A stretch of 64,000 nt of DNA from Patescibacteria group bacterium (lineage in GTDB: Bacteria > Patescibacteriota > Minisyncoccia > Phycocordibacterales > Phycocordibacteraceae). Of this stretch, positions 30,923 through 39,566 are shown piece after piece. A program made the translations under genes and the position numbers. The stretch is from contig JAGWWK010000002.1 in NCBI GenBank assembly GCA_018970425.1, positions 72,068 through 136,067 of the forward strand, in the 5' to 3' direction. Below the pieces are notes generated by a model, which ran no database searches, had not been told where the DNA came from, and saw nothing but the letters and a program-made list of their open reading frames with translations. Positions within the stretch are counted from its first letter, which is position 1. Every line of letters starts with the position of its first letter.

Positions 30923-31294
30923 CGGGGGTGACCTGAATCGACAAAGAAATTACTTTCTTCTGTGCAACGTGGTGAATGTTGGAGAACACCTAAAATCTCG
31001 AACAACCAACAGTGTGAAAAACACTATGACCGCATCGTGGTTTACCCGTGCGGACTTTGCTTTCGCTCACGCCTAAGCAACATCATCTACACGACTCCTG
31101 ATAGTGTAGCTCTGGTGTCATATCATCAGGATTATCTGAAAGCCTGCCCGCCTTTCAGAAACATGTAGGGCTCGGTATGCAGTTATCTTGTTTGTTTCTT
31201 ACCTGCATGCTTAAACCTCGAAATAAACTATACGTTGTAGAATCGGTTTAAAGACCTTCTTTGGACGAGGGCTCATTACCCTCCACCTCCACCA
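30923..31294 (+). ncRNA. ssrA: tmRNA (ssrA), one-piece
   Basis: 5' GGGGGTGACCTGAATCGAC... and 3' ...GGACGAGGGCTCATTACCCTCCACCTCCACCA. Acceptor GGGGGTG/CACCTCC with the G3:U70 alanine identity pair, T-arm GAGGG-CTCATTA-CCCTC, encoded CCA. Candidate tag frame gca tcg tgg ttt acc cgt gcg gac ttt gct ttc gct cac gcc TAA (31031..31075), reading ...ADFAFAHA*. Resume codon uncertain. Confidence 0.8.
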
Positions 31295-31301
31295 ATAAAA
31301 A

Positions 31302-31324
31302 CTGCCGCAAGGCAGTCTTTTTAT
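31302..31324 (+). terminator. rho-independent terminator after ssrA
   Basis: CTGCC-GCAA-GGCAG plus TCTTTTTATT. The stem can extend to an ~18-bp inverted repeat (31289..31330) that includes the tmRNA 3' end. Confidence 0.7.
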
Positions 31325-31576
31325 TGGTGGGGTGAGCATGCAAACTGCTGAGACGTGGTTGTATCGAATCGTTTGACGAATCGAAACTAGAGGAGTATAG
31401 TCTCGAAGCTTTAAGAGCGTGCTTAATTGTGGACTAATTCGCTTGCCGCCTCTACGGCTCGCGAACACTACAACGTTCTAGGCGTAGCTAGCCGTCCACC
31501 CCTACACTCAATGTCCACAGCTCAAGAGCGTGAATACCAACTCATTCATTCAGAGGCGAATGCTGGTGAAAGTCAT

Positions 31577-31786
31577 ATGATTATTGGTACAATAATCGGC
31601 ATAATTGCTCTTGGTATTGTGCTTTCACACATACCCACCGAGGAAAACATGCTGGAATTCTTGCTACATACGCCCTATGGCCGGCTTGCTACTTTTTTGG
31701 GACTGCTGGGATTCGTTTTGGGAGTTCAAGGTTTCAGGAAACATTGGACGAACAGAGGTATACAAAGCGTACTAACGCGCCGCTAA
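31577..31786 (+). CDS. small 2-TM membrane protein (islet ORF 1)
   Basis: MIIGTIIGIIALGIVLSH...LLGFVLGVQGF. Preceded by GGTGAAAG upstream of the ATG. AT-richer codon usage than core genes. Confidence 0.35.
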   Translation: MIIGTIIGIIALGIVLSHIPTEENMLEFLLHTPYGRLATFLGLLGFVLGVQGFRKHWTNRGIQSVLTRR

Positions 31787-31791
31787 CTACT

Positions 31792-32094
31792 ATGTCGCGA
31801 ATTATGAATGAGGCGCGAGCATTGCGCGATGAAAGCTACGGGATTCAAAATGTAGCGGCTTCACTCGTGAAGTATGGTGTGGCTGGCGCTGGAGCATGGT
31901 GGGTTTTAGTGCGACTTATCGACCTAGGTGACGGTGATATAGACCCAGAGCATGCTGCTGTCGCTGAGACAGGAGCTTTCATAATCGCCATATTACCTCC
32001 CGTAGCATTTTTCTTGGCATATCTTGCTTATCGTGCTTCATCTTTGGTGTACAACAATAGAGCGAGAAAGCTCCCGAAGTCTTCTGGTCACTAA
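31792..32094 (+). CDS. small 2-TM membrane protein (islet ORF 2)
   Basis: MSRIMNEARALRDE...WWVLVRLIDLGDGDID...FIIAILPPVAFFLAYLAY. Starts 5 nt after ORF 1 stop. Confidence 0.35.
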   Translation: MSRIMNEARALRDESYGIQNVAASLVKYGVAGAGAWWVLVRLIDLGDGDIDPEHAAVAETGAFIIAILPPVAFFLAYLAYRASSLVYNNRARKLPKSSGH

Positions 32095-32178
32095 GCACAT
32101 ACCATACCGAGGATAGAAAATTTTAAGAAGCGATGGCGCGCTTCAAATGTGTACACTTCTGCGTACGTGCACAACTTG

Positions 32179-32207
32179 TTTGACAAAGATAGTAGTAGGA
32201 GTAAAAT
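32179..32207 (+). promoter_or_regulatory. sigma70-like promoter TTGACA-N17-TAAAAT
   Basis: Exact -35 consensus at 32179..32184 and a near-consensus -10 TAAAAT at 32202..32207. Sits ~125 nt upstream of the 518-aa ORF. Confidence 0.45.
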
Positions 32208-32331
32208 TTGCCCCGACCCATCTAGAGTAGAGGGAGGTGCGTCAAGTTATGTGACGTTGCAGAAGTTTGATCTTTCTTTTGCAGGGACTGCAAGGTAAAG
32301 ATCAGGTTTTTGCACCTCCTACCGACTCCCC

Positions 32332-33888
32332 ATGGGCCATTATTCGGCCTTTTTTTCATTTATGCAGCACGTACGCGTAGCCTCACCGGCTCAAGAACGT
32401 ATGTCCCATGACCTTTCTTCCCTCTTCGAGGCTGTGTATGCTGAGCGGCCGATACTGCGCACACTTATCGCCCAGCACGGTACGCGTACCCTTCATGAGT
32501 ACGCATCTCAGTATGTGGCTGATACTGGATACCCTGCCGCACGTCGCGACGAAATCATTGGAGTTATAGCACGAGAAACTGAGCGACTGTTCGGCACTGA
32601 ACTCTCACGCACCATTTCTGAACAACTCAACAGAGAGTACATCGTCAATACTGCAGACCACGTTGGTCCAGTGACACACTCGTGGTTTGTAAGTACAAGC
32701 GCGCTTATTGGCGCCACACTCTCTCAGGGCTCTCGCGCCATCATCACTCTTGCATGCAGTAACGTGTCTCTTAACAACACCTCGTTCCCGCGAGGTGTTC
32801 TCTTTCACACTCAGAAAGGTTCTGAGATACGCGAACAGCGACTTTCGTTCCTTCCCAGCGACTCGCACGCCGCATCCGTGTACGGGTTTCGAGCATACAC
32901 ACGCGATGAAATACACAAGATACACAAGCTGCTCCGCGAGAAAGTACGCGCGCGTGACGTACCACAATCAGTTGCAGACAAGCTCGTGACACTCATAGAT
33001 ACCGTCTACGGCACCGAGTCGGCACTCTCGCAGGCATCATTCGCTGACCAAGTATCCACGACTAATCGCACACTGTGGCAGCACATGTTCTCGAACGAAC
33101 AGGTACCCGAGCTCGTGTACCTTGAGCAAGAGCGGATCGTGATCGACGCACTCACACGATTCCACCTCACAGGCAGGTCAGTGGTATCAAAGATTCTTTT
33201 TAACCCAGAGTACACGGCACTCGCAGCATCACACTTTGATGGAGTCCCGAGCGCGTACGTACTTTCTGAAAAAAAAGGCACCTTCCTTTTCTGGGGAGCA
33301 TCAAAAGATACTAGTTACCGCGTATCACTGTGGTACAAAGATGGCGCCCTCGAGTCATCTGACGGTACGGTGCGCATACCACTTACTCCTGAGTCGATCA
33401 CGCGTGCACTCAATGATAAGCGTATTGTCCCGTCACTCTTACTTACATTTATCCTGCTTTCGTTCCATTACGGACTAAACTGTCTCGGAGGCTTCAATCA
33501 AATACACTATGTAACTGCAATGAAGGCAGCATACCTGTCCTTCCTTTCAGCGCGCGGCGAGACCGACGAATACACCCTCGCCACACGTGCAGTCACGGAT
33601 AACACCAACGATGTAACGCTCGGGTACGTGCGCGATGGAGCCGCGCTTATTCCTGCCGACGGGCTCGACTTCTACCTGTACGGCACAGGCACTGCATGGG
33701 CGCACCTGGTATCTGACGTGCACACACTTACATTACGAGATGCATTTTTCCCCGGCATGCCAGCGTTCTACCGATGCACACGACCAGCATCGCAACTTAA
33801 CCCAACACTCAGCACTATCACACCTGCACATATTACCGAGTACTTTGGCGTCGATAAGAAATTGACTCCGACCGTATCACTCTCATAA
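32332..33888 (+). CDS. hypothetical protein (518 aa), islet operon gene 1
   Basis: Long ORF with AT-richer third positions. No recognisable motif. Possible alternative start at 32401 (MSHDLSSL). Confidence 0.55.
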   Translation: MGHYSAFFSFMQHVRVASPAQERMSHDLSSLFEAVYAERPILRTLIAQHGTRTLHEYASQYVADTGYPAARRDEIIGVIARETERLFGTELSRTISEQLNREYIVNTADHVGPVTHSWFVSTSALIGATLSQGSRAIITLACSNVSLNNTSFPRGVLFHTQKGSEIREQRLSFLPSDSHAASVYGFRAYTRDEIHKIHKLLREKVRARDVPQSVADKLVTLIDTVYGTESALSQASFADQVSTTNRTLWQHMFSNEQVPELVYLEQERIVIDALTRFHLTGRSVVSKILFNPEYTALAASHFDGVPSAYVLSEKKGTFLFWGASKDTSYRVSLWYKDGALESSDGTVRIPLTPESITRALNDKRIVPSLLLTFILLSFHYGLNCLGGFNQIHYVTAMKAAYLSFLSARGETDEYTLATRAVTDNTNDVTLGYVRDGAALIPADGLDFYLYGTGTAWAHLVSDVHTLTLRDAFFPGMPAFYRCTRPASQLNPTLSTITPAHITEYFGVDKKLTPTVSLS

Positions 33889-33892
33889 GACC

Positions 33893-34894
33893 ATGCGCTC
33901 ATCACGAAATTTTGGTCCAAAACGCGTTATTGTGCACGACGCACATATTCGAGAAAATGCTCAGAAGATTGCTGCGTACCTTGCTCAGCACAACTGCACA
34001 ATGGCGATCTCGACAAAATCGCTTCCTCTTGAGCAGGGGTTACTCTCTATCTTTACGGAGAAGTACCCAGCGTACGATCTCCGTGCTGATAACCTAGCTG
34101 TACTCACTCAAGCTGGCCATCCCACTATTTCAAATCTCCACCTGCGAGGAGAGTCACACAGCATCATGCTGACAGATGACGATGACATAGCGTATGCACC
34201 TACCGGAGTGCAGGGCTACTACCTATTCTTTGATTTTGGCGACCGGCGCGAAGGATTTGTGCCTGAAGACGTTACACGTGTTGCAGACGCACTTCGTGGA
34301 CGCGGGATCACATCAGTAGTACTTGCAAGCAACATTGGCTGCCTCTCAGACGTACCCCCAACTGACGAGTACTTTGCAGACTTCCTTACGCTCCGGGATG
34401 CATTCAGTGCACGCGGCATAACAGTAACAAAGTTTTCAGTCGGGGGATCGAACTGCATCCCACTCATCCACACGTTTGCGAGCCCTGTACCTACCGAAAT
34501 ACGCGCTGGTGAAGCGATACTGTTTGGTACGTATGCAAATGTAGATTCTGACCTACTCGCACTGAACAAAGAAAATCTGTTCCTTGAGGCATGGACACTT
34601 CGAACACTCGGGCAAGATGAAATCATGTTCGACTTTGGATACACCCATGCTGAACAGCACGAACTCCTGCCTTCTGCCTGCAAGATCGTGCGCCAGTCAG
34701 CAAACCACAGCGCACTCGCGCTTCCCGCAGCAACGGCACCTGAAAGGATTTTACTCCCCCTCCACTATCGAGGCCTTACGAAGCTTAGTCAGCAGCGCAA
34801 CGTGGCATTTGTGCGCACGTCTCAGTCTGAGTGCAACGCTCAGAGCACCGCACGATCCGCTACTCAGTTACCCGTTCAACAAGCTGCCACGTAA
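33893..34894 (+). CDS. hypothetical protein (333 aa), weak resemblance to fold-type III PLP (alanine-racemase-like) enzymes
   Basis: 4-nt gap after gene 1. N-terminal MAISTKSLP could be a PLP-Lys motif. Gly-rich VGGSN later. Assignment is a guess. Confidence 0.45.
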   Translation: MRSSRNFGPKRVIVHDAHIRENAQKIAAYLAQHNCTMAISTKSLPLEQGLLSIFTEKYPAYDLRADNLAVLTQAGHPTISNLHLRGESHSIMLTDDDDIAYAPTGVQGYYLFFDFGDRREGFVPEDVTRVADALRGRGITSVVLASNIGCLSDVPPTDEYFADFLTLRDAFSARGITVTKFSVGGSNCIPLIHTFASPVPTEIRAGEAILFGTYANVDSDLLALNKENLFLEAWTLRTLGQDEIMFDFGYTHAEQHELLPSACKIVRQSANHSALALPAATAPERILLPLHYRGLTKLSQQRNVAFVRTSQSECNAQSTARSATQLPVQQAAT

Positions 34895-34916
34895 CGTATT
34901 GCTTCGTTAAAACACT

Positions 34917-35894
34917 ATGGTAAAAAAAGAAGGCATGAATCACGATGAATCTGAGGAGTCAGATGCTGATACGCAGAACGCCAACGCGTTGACGCATGAA
35001 ACCACCGCGCCACTGGTGAGCACGGAACGCGAAACAGAAAATACCGCGCATGCGGGCAACGCACACGAAAGTGGCTCTGAGCGTGATCCGGAGCGTCGGT
35101 ACCAGGAAAACCTTGAGACGCTCAAGAAGGTTGAGGAAGCAGACGGAATGACCGCGTACGCGAAGGAGCGAGTAACTGAAGAGTCGTTCTATGGTAACGA
35201 AGACCTCACCGTGTATTGCTCCGATGAGCGTACGGAAGGATTTGGCCCGCGCGACCTGGGTGGCCCCCTCTTTGCACTCTTTATCCTAAAGGTTGACCGC
35301 AAGCAACTCGCGGCCGCGTACTGGGCTCAGGGTGTCCGCACACTCACCTCCCACCATGAGTGCGGCGCCGCGAAGGCGGCGTACAAAGCTGCGCACCCGG
35401 GTAGCGACCCCACCTGGGATGAAGTGAACGAGTTTGCCAAGCGAGAAACAGAAATGTTTGCACGCGAGTTTGCGGAGTACCAATTTGGGTATGAGCATAT
35501 TGACGCCGCTCATATGGCAACGGACGGCCACTTCCACCCCGGAGTCTGCATCTACCTCGACGATGTTGGCGGCTTTAGTTGGCGACAGACAGACGGCATG
35601 CCTCAGGGATACAAGGTCTCGAGTACAGTCAGTAAAGACCCGGTCGCCGGAGTTGTGGCGCTTCTTGACCTCGTTGCCTTTGCTCAGGGGAATGCTGGCA
35701 CTCGGATGCAAAAAGATGGCATCTCATTTCCTATTTATATAGTTGCCGCAACTCGCGAGGCGTTCGACGCTCGCTGTGCTGAGCTCCGCACCGCCATTCA
35801 GGGCAAGCCCTACGAGGCGAGCATTGTGTTTGAGATGATTGAGAAGCCTGAGAGCGTACCAGTACGCGAACACGCGAAAGACCTACTCAAATGA
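34917..35894 (+). CDS. hypothetical protein (325 aa) with acidic disordered N-terminus
   Basis: N-terminal ~90 aa D/E/T-rich low-complexity, then a globular region with a SHHECGAAKAAY motif. No family recognised. Confidence 0.5.
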   Translation: MVKKEGMNHDESEESDADTQNANALTHETTAPLVSTERETENTAHAGNAHESGSERDPERRYQENLETLKKVEEADGMTAYAKERVTEESFYGNEDLTVYCSDERTEGFGPRDLGGPLFALFILKVDRKQLAAAYWAQGVRTLTSHHECGAAKAAYKAAHPGSDPTWDEVNEFAKRETEMFAREFAEYQFGYEHIDAAHMATDGHFHPGVCIYLDDVGGFSWRQTDGMPQGYKVSSTVSKDPVAGVVALLDLVAFAQGNAGTRMQKDGISFPIYIVAATREAFDARCAELRTAIQGKPYEASIVFEMIEKPESVPVREHAKDLLK

Positions 35895-35923
35895 GAGACG
35901 AGGTGCTATAGTAGCGAATACCC

Positions 35924-36445
35924 GTGCCCACCCCACGCATCCTCATCAACTCGCAAATCCGCGCGCCTGAACTCAGGGTTATTGGCGCGCAGGGTGAAAA
36001 CCTCGGCGTTATATCGCTCGCAGACGCACTGAAGGCAGCTCGCGAGGCAGGACTCGACCTCATTGAGGTAAGTCCGGCCGCCGTTCCTCCGGTTGCTAAA
36101 ATCATGGATTATGGTAAATTTCAATACGAGCAGCAGAAGAAAGAGCGCGAGGCACGGGCGAAATCCCACTCCACTGAAACCAAGTCCATACAGGTGACGG
36201 TTACTGAAGGAGAGAACGACCTGACCCGCAAGGCTCGCGCTGCTGCAGAGTGGCTCCGTGAGGGCCACCGGGTGAAGGTCGAGCTCACCCTACGGGGCCG
36301 GTATAAATACATGGACCCTAAGTTTCTGAATGAACGGCTCGAACGCTTTGTAAAACTCGTTCCGGAGGACTACAAGGTCGCTGAAGCGCCGCAGCGAGGG
36401 CCCCGAGGCATCTCTACGGTCCTTGAAAAGTCCGGAAAGAAATAA
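35924..36445 (+). CDS. infC: translation initiation factor IF-3
   Basis: 173 aa, IF3 N- and C-domains. ORF track starts at GTG 35924. An in-frame ATA at 35918 is an alternative, since IF3 genes typically use rare AUU/AUA starts. Confidence 0.85.
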   Translation: MPTPRILINSQIRAPELRVIGAQGENLGVISLADALKAAREAGLDLIEVSPAAVPPVAKIMDYGKFQYEQQKKEREARAKSHSTETKSIQVTVTEGENDLTRKARAAAEWLREGHRVKVELTLRGRYKYMDPKFLNERLERFVKLVPEDYKVAEAPQRGPRGISTVLEKSGKK

Positions 36446-36446
36446 T

Positions 36447-36632
36447 ATGAAAACCAACAAATCCTACACGAAGCGGCTCCGCGTGACGAAGCGTGGCAAG
36501 ATTATCGGACGCAAAGCCGGCCAGAACCACTTTAACGCCAAGGAGAGCTCTAAGACCAAGGGCAAGAAGGGTCGCGCATTCCACATTGAAATGACCGCGC
36601 AGGACCGAGCCCGCTTTCTTCCCCACAGCTAA
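36447..36632 (+). CDS. rpmI: 50S ribosomal protein L35
   Basis: MKTNKSYTKRLRVTKRGKI..., classic L35. Starts 2 nt after the infC stop. Confidence 0.85.
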   Translation: MKTNKSYTKRLRVTKRGKIIGRKAGQNHFNAKESSKTKGKKGRAFHIEMTAQDRARFLPHS

Positions 36633-36659
36633 GCTTACTAAGATTTTGACAACACCCAT

Positions 36660-37007
36660 ATGGCACGCACCAAAGGAGGACCAAAGCAGCTCAAGCGCCG
36701 AAAAAATATTCTTGCACAGACCAAGGGCTATCGCCATGGACGCAAGTCCAAGAAGCGCGCAGCGCTTGAGGCGATCAAGCACGCAGGTGCCTACGCCTTT
36801 AAGCACCGACGCGCTAAGAAGCGCGAGATGCGCGGACTCCACATCATCCGCTTGAACGCGGCGCTCCGCGAGAACGGCTTTAAGAACTACTCAACGTTCA
36901 TCGGACTCCTCAAGAAGAAGAATGTGATGCTCGACCGCAAGGTGCTCTCTGAGATTGCGATGAAACACCCCGAGTCCTTCAAGCGCTTCCTCGCTAAACT
37001 CTCCTAA
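36660..37007 (+). CDS. rplT: 50S ribosomal protein L20
   Basis: MARTKGGPKQLKRRKNILAQTKGY..., classic L20. Confidence 0.9.
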   Translation: MARTKGGPKQLKRRKNILAQTKGYRHGRKSKKRAALEAIKHAGAYAFKHRRAKKREMRGLHIIRLNAALRENGFKNYSTFIGLLKKKNVMLDRKVLSEIAMKHPESFKRFLAKLS

Positions 37008-37019
37008 TCTGAAACAATA

Positions 37020-37050
37020 TAAAACCGTCCCGCTCATCGGGACGGTTTTT
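37020..37050. terminator. bidirectional rho-independent terminator between rplT and the convergent RNase gene
   Basis: AAAA-CCGTCCCG-CTCAT-CGGGACGG-TTTTTA. A-run on one side and T-run on the other. Confidence 0.75.
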
Positions 37051-38404
37051 ATATCTCGTAGACCTCCCCTTCCCTAGGGACGTCGACTGGGGTGCCCAGG
37101 AAGCCCGTGATGCGCTGAGCTAGAAAGGTGGCCGCTTCCGTCTCGCCAAGTACCACAAATACTCTCTTTGGACCCGTCTCCTCAACATAGGCCATGAGGT
37201 CGTCTCGATCAGCATGGGCCGAGTAGCCATCTGCTATGCCGATCTTTGCTCGAACCGAAACTCGCGCTTTGTCTATCATCACTGTCTTCTGACCGTCACG
37301 CAGACGCCTCCCTAAGGAGCCGGGTACTTGGTATCCTACAAAAAGAAGGTGTGTATCGGGCGAGCCAAGGTAGATGCGCTCGTGGTGGCGTATTCTGCCC
37401 CCATGAGACATGCCCGCGCCGGCAATAATGATTTTAGGTGGCTTGACCGAATCAATCGCGGCCGACTCTTCAGTATTGATCGTAACCTTGAGAGTACGCG
37501 CGGCCAGTGGGTCCTTGCCGTCTTCTACTGCGCGTCGCAGTGTAGGAGACAGATACTTGGGGTAGCGCATATACACCTCCGATATACGCGCGGCAAGCGG
37601 TGAGTCGAGGTAGAGTGGTACGTCCGGAATAGTTCCTTGATCCGTCATTCGATCAAGGGATGCGAGGATAATTTGTGTCCGCTCAAGTGAGAAGGCAGGT
37701 ATGAGGAGGACACCTCGACGCTTCACGGTCTCACGCACCGCATCTTGAAGAACAATGTCTGCCGCCTCGGGGTCACCATGGAGGCGATTGCCGTACACCG
37801 ACTCGGTCACGAGGACATCCACGTTCGGAACGATCTCGCGCGGCGACACAATCGCGGGGGTGCGCCGCCCAAGGTCGCCTGTAAACAAGATGCGCTTCCC
37901 CTCTACTTCTACGAGGACTGTCGCGGATCCTAAAATATGCCCCGCGTCAAAAAAAGTGACCCGAGCATCGCCCACGGTGATAGGCTCGTGGTAGCGCGTG
38001 CGACGGATGAGCGCATACGCGCGCTCGAGGTCGGTACGAAGGTACGCGGGCTCGTGCCCACAGCGGTCGGCATCGTGCGCGAGGTGTGAGACCGCATCCT
38101 CAAGCATGATGGGTATGAGGTCTGCGGTCGGCTCCGTGGCATACGCCGGCCCATGGAATCCATCTCGCACCAGTTTGGGAAAAAGGCCAATGTGGTCAGC
38201 GTGCGCGTGCGTGAAAAAGATAGCATCAATATCTGCCGGATTGTACGGAAAAGGATCGGTATTGACCGGGTCACACACATCTCCTGACTGCGCAAAACCG
38301 CAGTCAATCATAATGCGCGTAGTACGCGCTCCGGTTACCGTTACGATAAAGTTTGATCCGGTGACGCGGCGGGCGCCGCGGACAAACGAGAGCGAAACTG
38401 CCAT
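37049..38404 (-). CDS. MBL-fold beta-CASP ribonuclease (RNase J/CPSF-like)
   Basis: 451 aa. HxHxDH motif FTHAHADHIG, beta-CASP and RMMBL-like C-terminal part. Its 5' end overlaps the upstream membrane-protein ORF by ~64 nt. Confidence 0.7.
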   Translation of the reverse strand: MAVSLSFVRGARRVTGSNFIVTVTGARTTRIMIDCGFAQSGDVCDPVNTDPFPYNPADIDAIFFTHAHADHIGLFPKLVRDGFHGPAYATEPTADLIPIMLEDAVSHLAHDADRCGHEPAYLRTDLERAYALIRRTRYHEPITVGDARVTFFDAGHILGSATVLVEVEGKRILFTGDLGRRTPAIVSPREIVPNVDVLVTESVYGNRLHGDPEAADIVLQDAVRETVKRRGVLLIPAFSLERTQIILASLDRMTDQGTIPDVPLYLDSPLAARISEVYMRYPKYLSPTLRRAVEDGKDPLAARTLKVTINTEESAAIDSVKPPKIIIAGAGMSHGGRIRHHERIYLGSPDTHLLFVGYQVPGSLGRRLRDGQKTVMIDKARVSVRAKIGIADGYSAHADRDDLMAYVEETGPKRVFVVLGETEAATFLAQRITGFLGTPVDVPREGEVYEI

Positions 38405-38739
38405 ACTGCAATCATACCGTACGCGCCGGCCGCCCCAAGGGTATCCATAAATAGGTCGAGTGTCGTATCAAATACAAAACGATCCTCTATAGCCGCAAGG
38501 CCGATGGCTACCTCGAACCCCTCCCACCCAACGCCGACGGCGAGCGCTATGAGGAGCGCCGCGGGGCGAAGTCCGAGCGCCGCTACTGCAAGAACGACGA
38601 TGAGTGCACCGCCACTCGCATGCATAAGTATGTCAAACCACCAGTATGTCCAATACCAAGAGTACTGAAGCGCTGCTAAGTGCGCCAGAAGGATGGCAGT
38701 AGAGAGGAGTGTAGCCAGCGTAAGTAATGTGAGTCGCAT
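38341..38739 (-). CDS. hypothetical 4-TM membrane protein
   Basis: 132 aa. Trp/Tyr-rich first loop (YSWYWTYWWFD). No family recognised. Confidence 0.4.
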   Translation of the reverse strand: MRLTLLTLATLLSTAILLAHLAALQYSWYWTYWWFDILMHASGGALIVVLAVAALGLRPAALLIALAVGVGWEGFEVAIGLAAIEDRFVFDTTLDLFMDTLGAAGAYGMIAVWQFRSRLSAAPAASPDQTLS

Positions 38740-38787
38740 GTATGCAAAACCCCGTCAATCGCGGACGGGGGCTCGCGTGGGGTACGG

Positions 38788-38912
38788 CTTCGGCAATTAC
38801 CCGAGCTTGCGCTCAGGTGGGTGCCCGCAGCTCTGCGCGATTTGAACCGTGAGGCTCAGCTCTCGTAGGCGATGTAAGGCTCCCTAAGGTTTACTAACCG
38901 GATAATTGCCGG
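38788..38912. ncRNA. candidate structured RNA element (possible small SRP RNA-like hairpin, or leader structure)
   Basis: 13-bp imperfect inverted repeat CGGCAATTACCCG (38791..38803) / CGGATAATTGCCG (38899..38911) closes a ~95-nt region. That region contains a local hairpin GCGC-TCAGGT-GGGTGCCC-GCAGC-TCTGCGC, reminiscent of the SRP domain IV UCAGG...GCAGC arrangement. Confidence 0.25.
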
Positions 38913-38937
38913 CCGAAACCCCACCCAAGTATATCAG

Positions 38938-39534
38938 CTACTCAAGTATCCCGTCCAAATTCACATCGTACAGGATCTGCTCTTGTACCAGGCGGTAGCG
39001 AGTTACTTCATCGGGTGTGAACCATACTAAGAGCTCACGCTCGGCCTCTTCGGCCGACTCTGAACAATGCAAAATATTGCGGATTGCCCTGCCATCAACG
39101 GCGGCATGTTCATACGAGTCAATAGAGAGATCTCCGCGTATCGTACCAACATCAGAGAGCGTTGGTGCAGTATCACCAGTCAGTTTTTTAACGACAACAG
39201 GCGCCATCGCTCCCTCGACAACAAGGGCTACGATGGGACCGGAGCACATAAATGCAACATTTTGTTCAATAATCCCTTTGCCGTAATCAATCGCTGCTTT
39301 TTCAATAGGCTTGCCTGAAGCGGTGCGGTCTTCAATAATCTTATTGCCCTTTCGGAGGAACCACGCGTCATCCTTGTGGTAGTGATCAATAACCTGATCA
39401 CGGGTCGCGATGAGCATTTTCATCGCCGTGATTTTGAGCCCGGTCCGCTCAATGCGCCCAATAACTTCACCAATAAGGGAGCGCTGGACTGCGTCTGGCT
39501 TTAAGAGCACCAAGGAGCGCTGCTTCTGTAACAT
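38938..39534 (-). CDS. ndk: nucleoside-diphosphate kinase
   Basis: 198 aa. NDK fold motifs LVLLKPDAV and an active-site His region. Longer than the canonical ~150 aa because of insertions. Confidence 0.8.
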   Translation of the reverse strand: MLQKQRSLVLLKPDAVQRSLIGEVIGRIERTGLKITAMKMLIATRDQVIDHYHKDDAWFLRKGNKIIEDRTASGKPIEKAAIDYGKGIIEQNVAFMCSGPIVALVVEGAMAPVVVKKLTGDTAPTLSDVGTIRGDLSIDSYEHAAVDGRAIRNILHCSESAEEAERELLVWFTPDEVTRYRLVQEQILYDVNLDGILE

Positions 39535-39566
39535 ACCCGTACAGTACCACGCAACAAGAGTGCTGA

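Noticed and set aside
30962-31468. ORFs 30962..31168 (+) and 31211..31468 (-) from the six-frame track
   Set aside because: They lie inside or across the tmRNA gene and its terminator, so they are chance frames in a structured RNA.
31295-35923. att-like direct repeat of the ssrA 3' end at the distal islet boundary
   Set aside because: No copy of CCCTCCACCTCCACCA or a substantial fragment was found near 35900. The islet is reported on composition and content only.
38840-38870. tRNA-like T-loop GGTTCAAATC on the minus strand in the ndk-upstream intergenic region
   Set aside because: No flanking T-stem, acceptor or anticodon arm can be formed, so it is not a tRNA.
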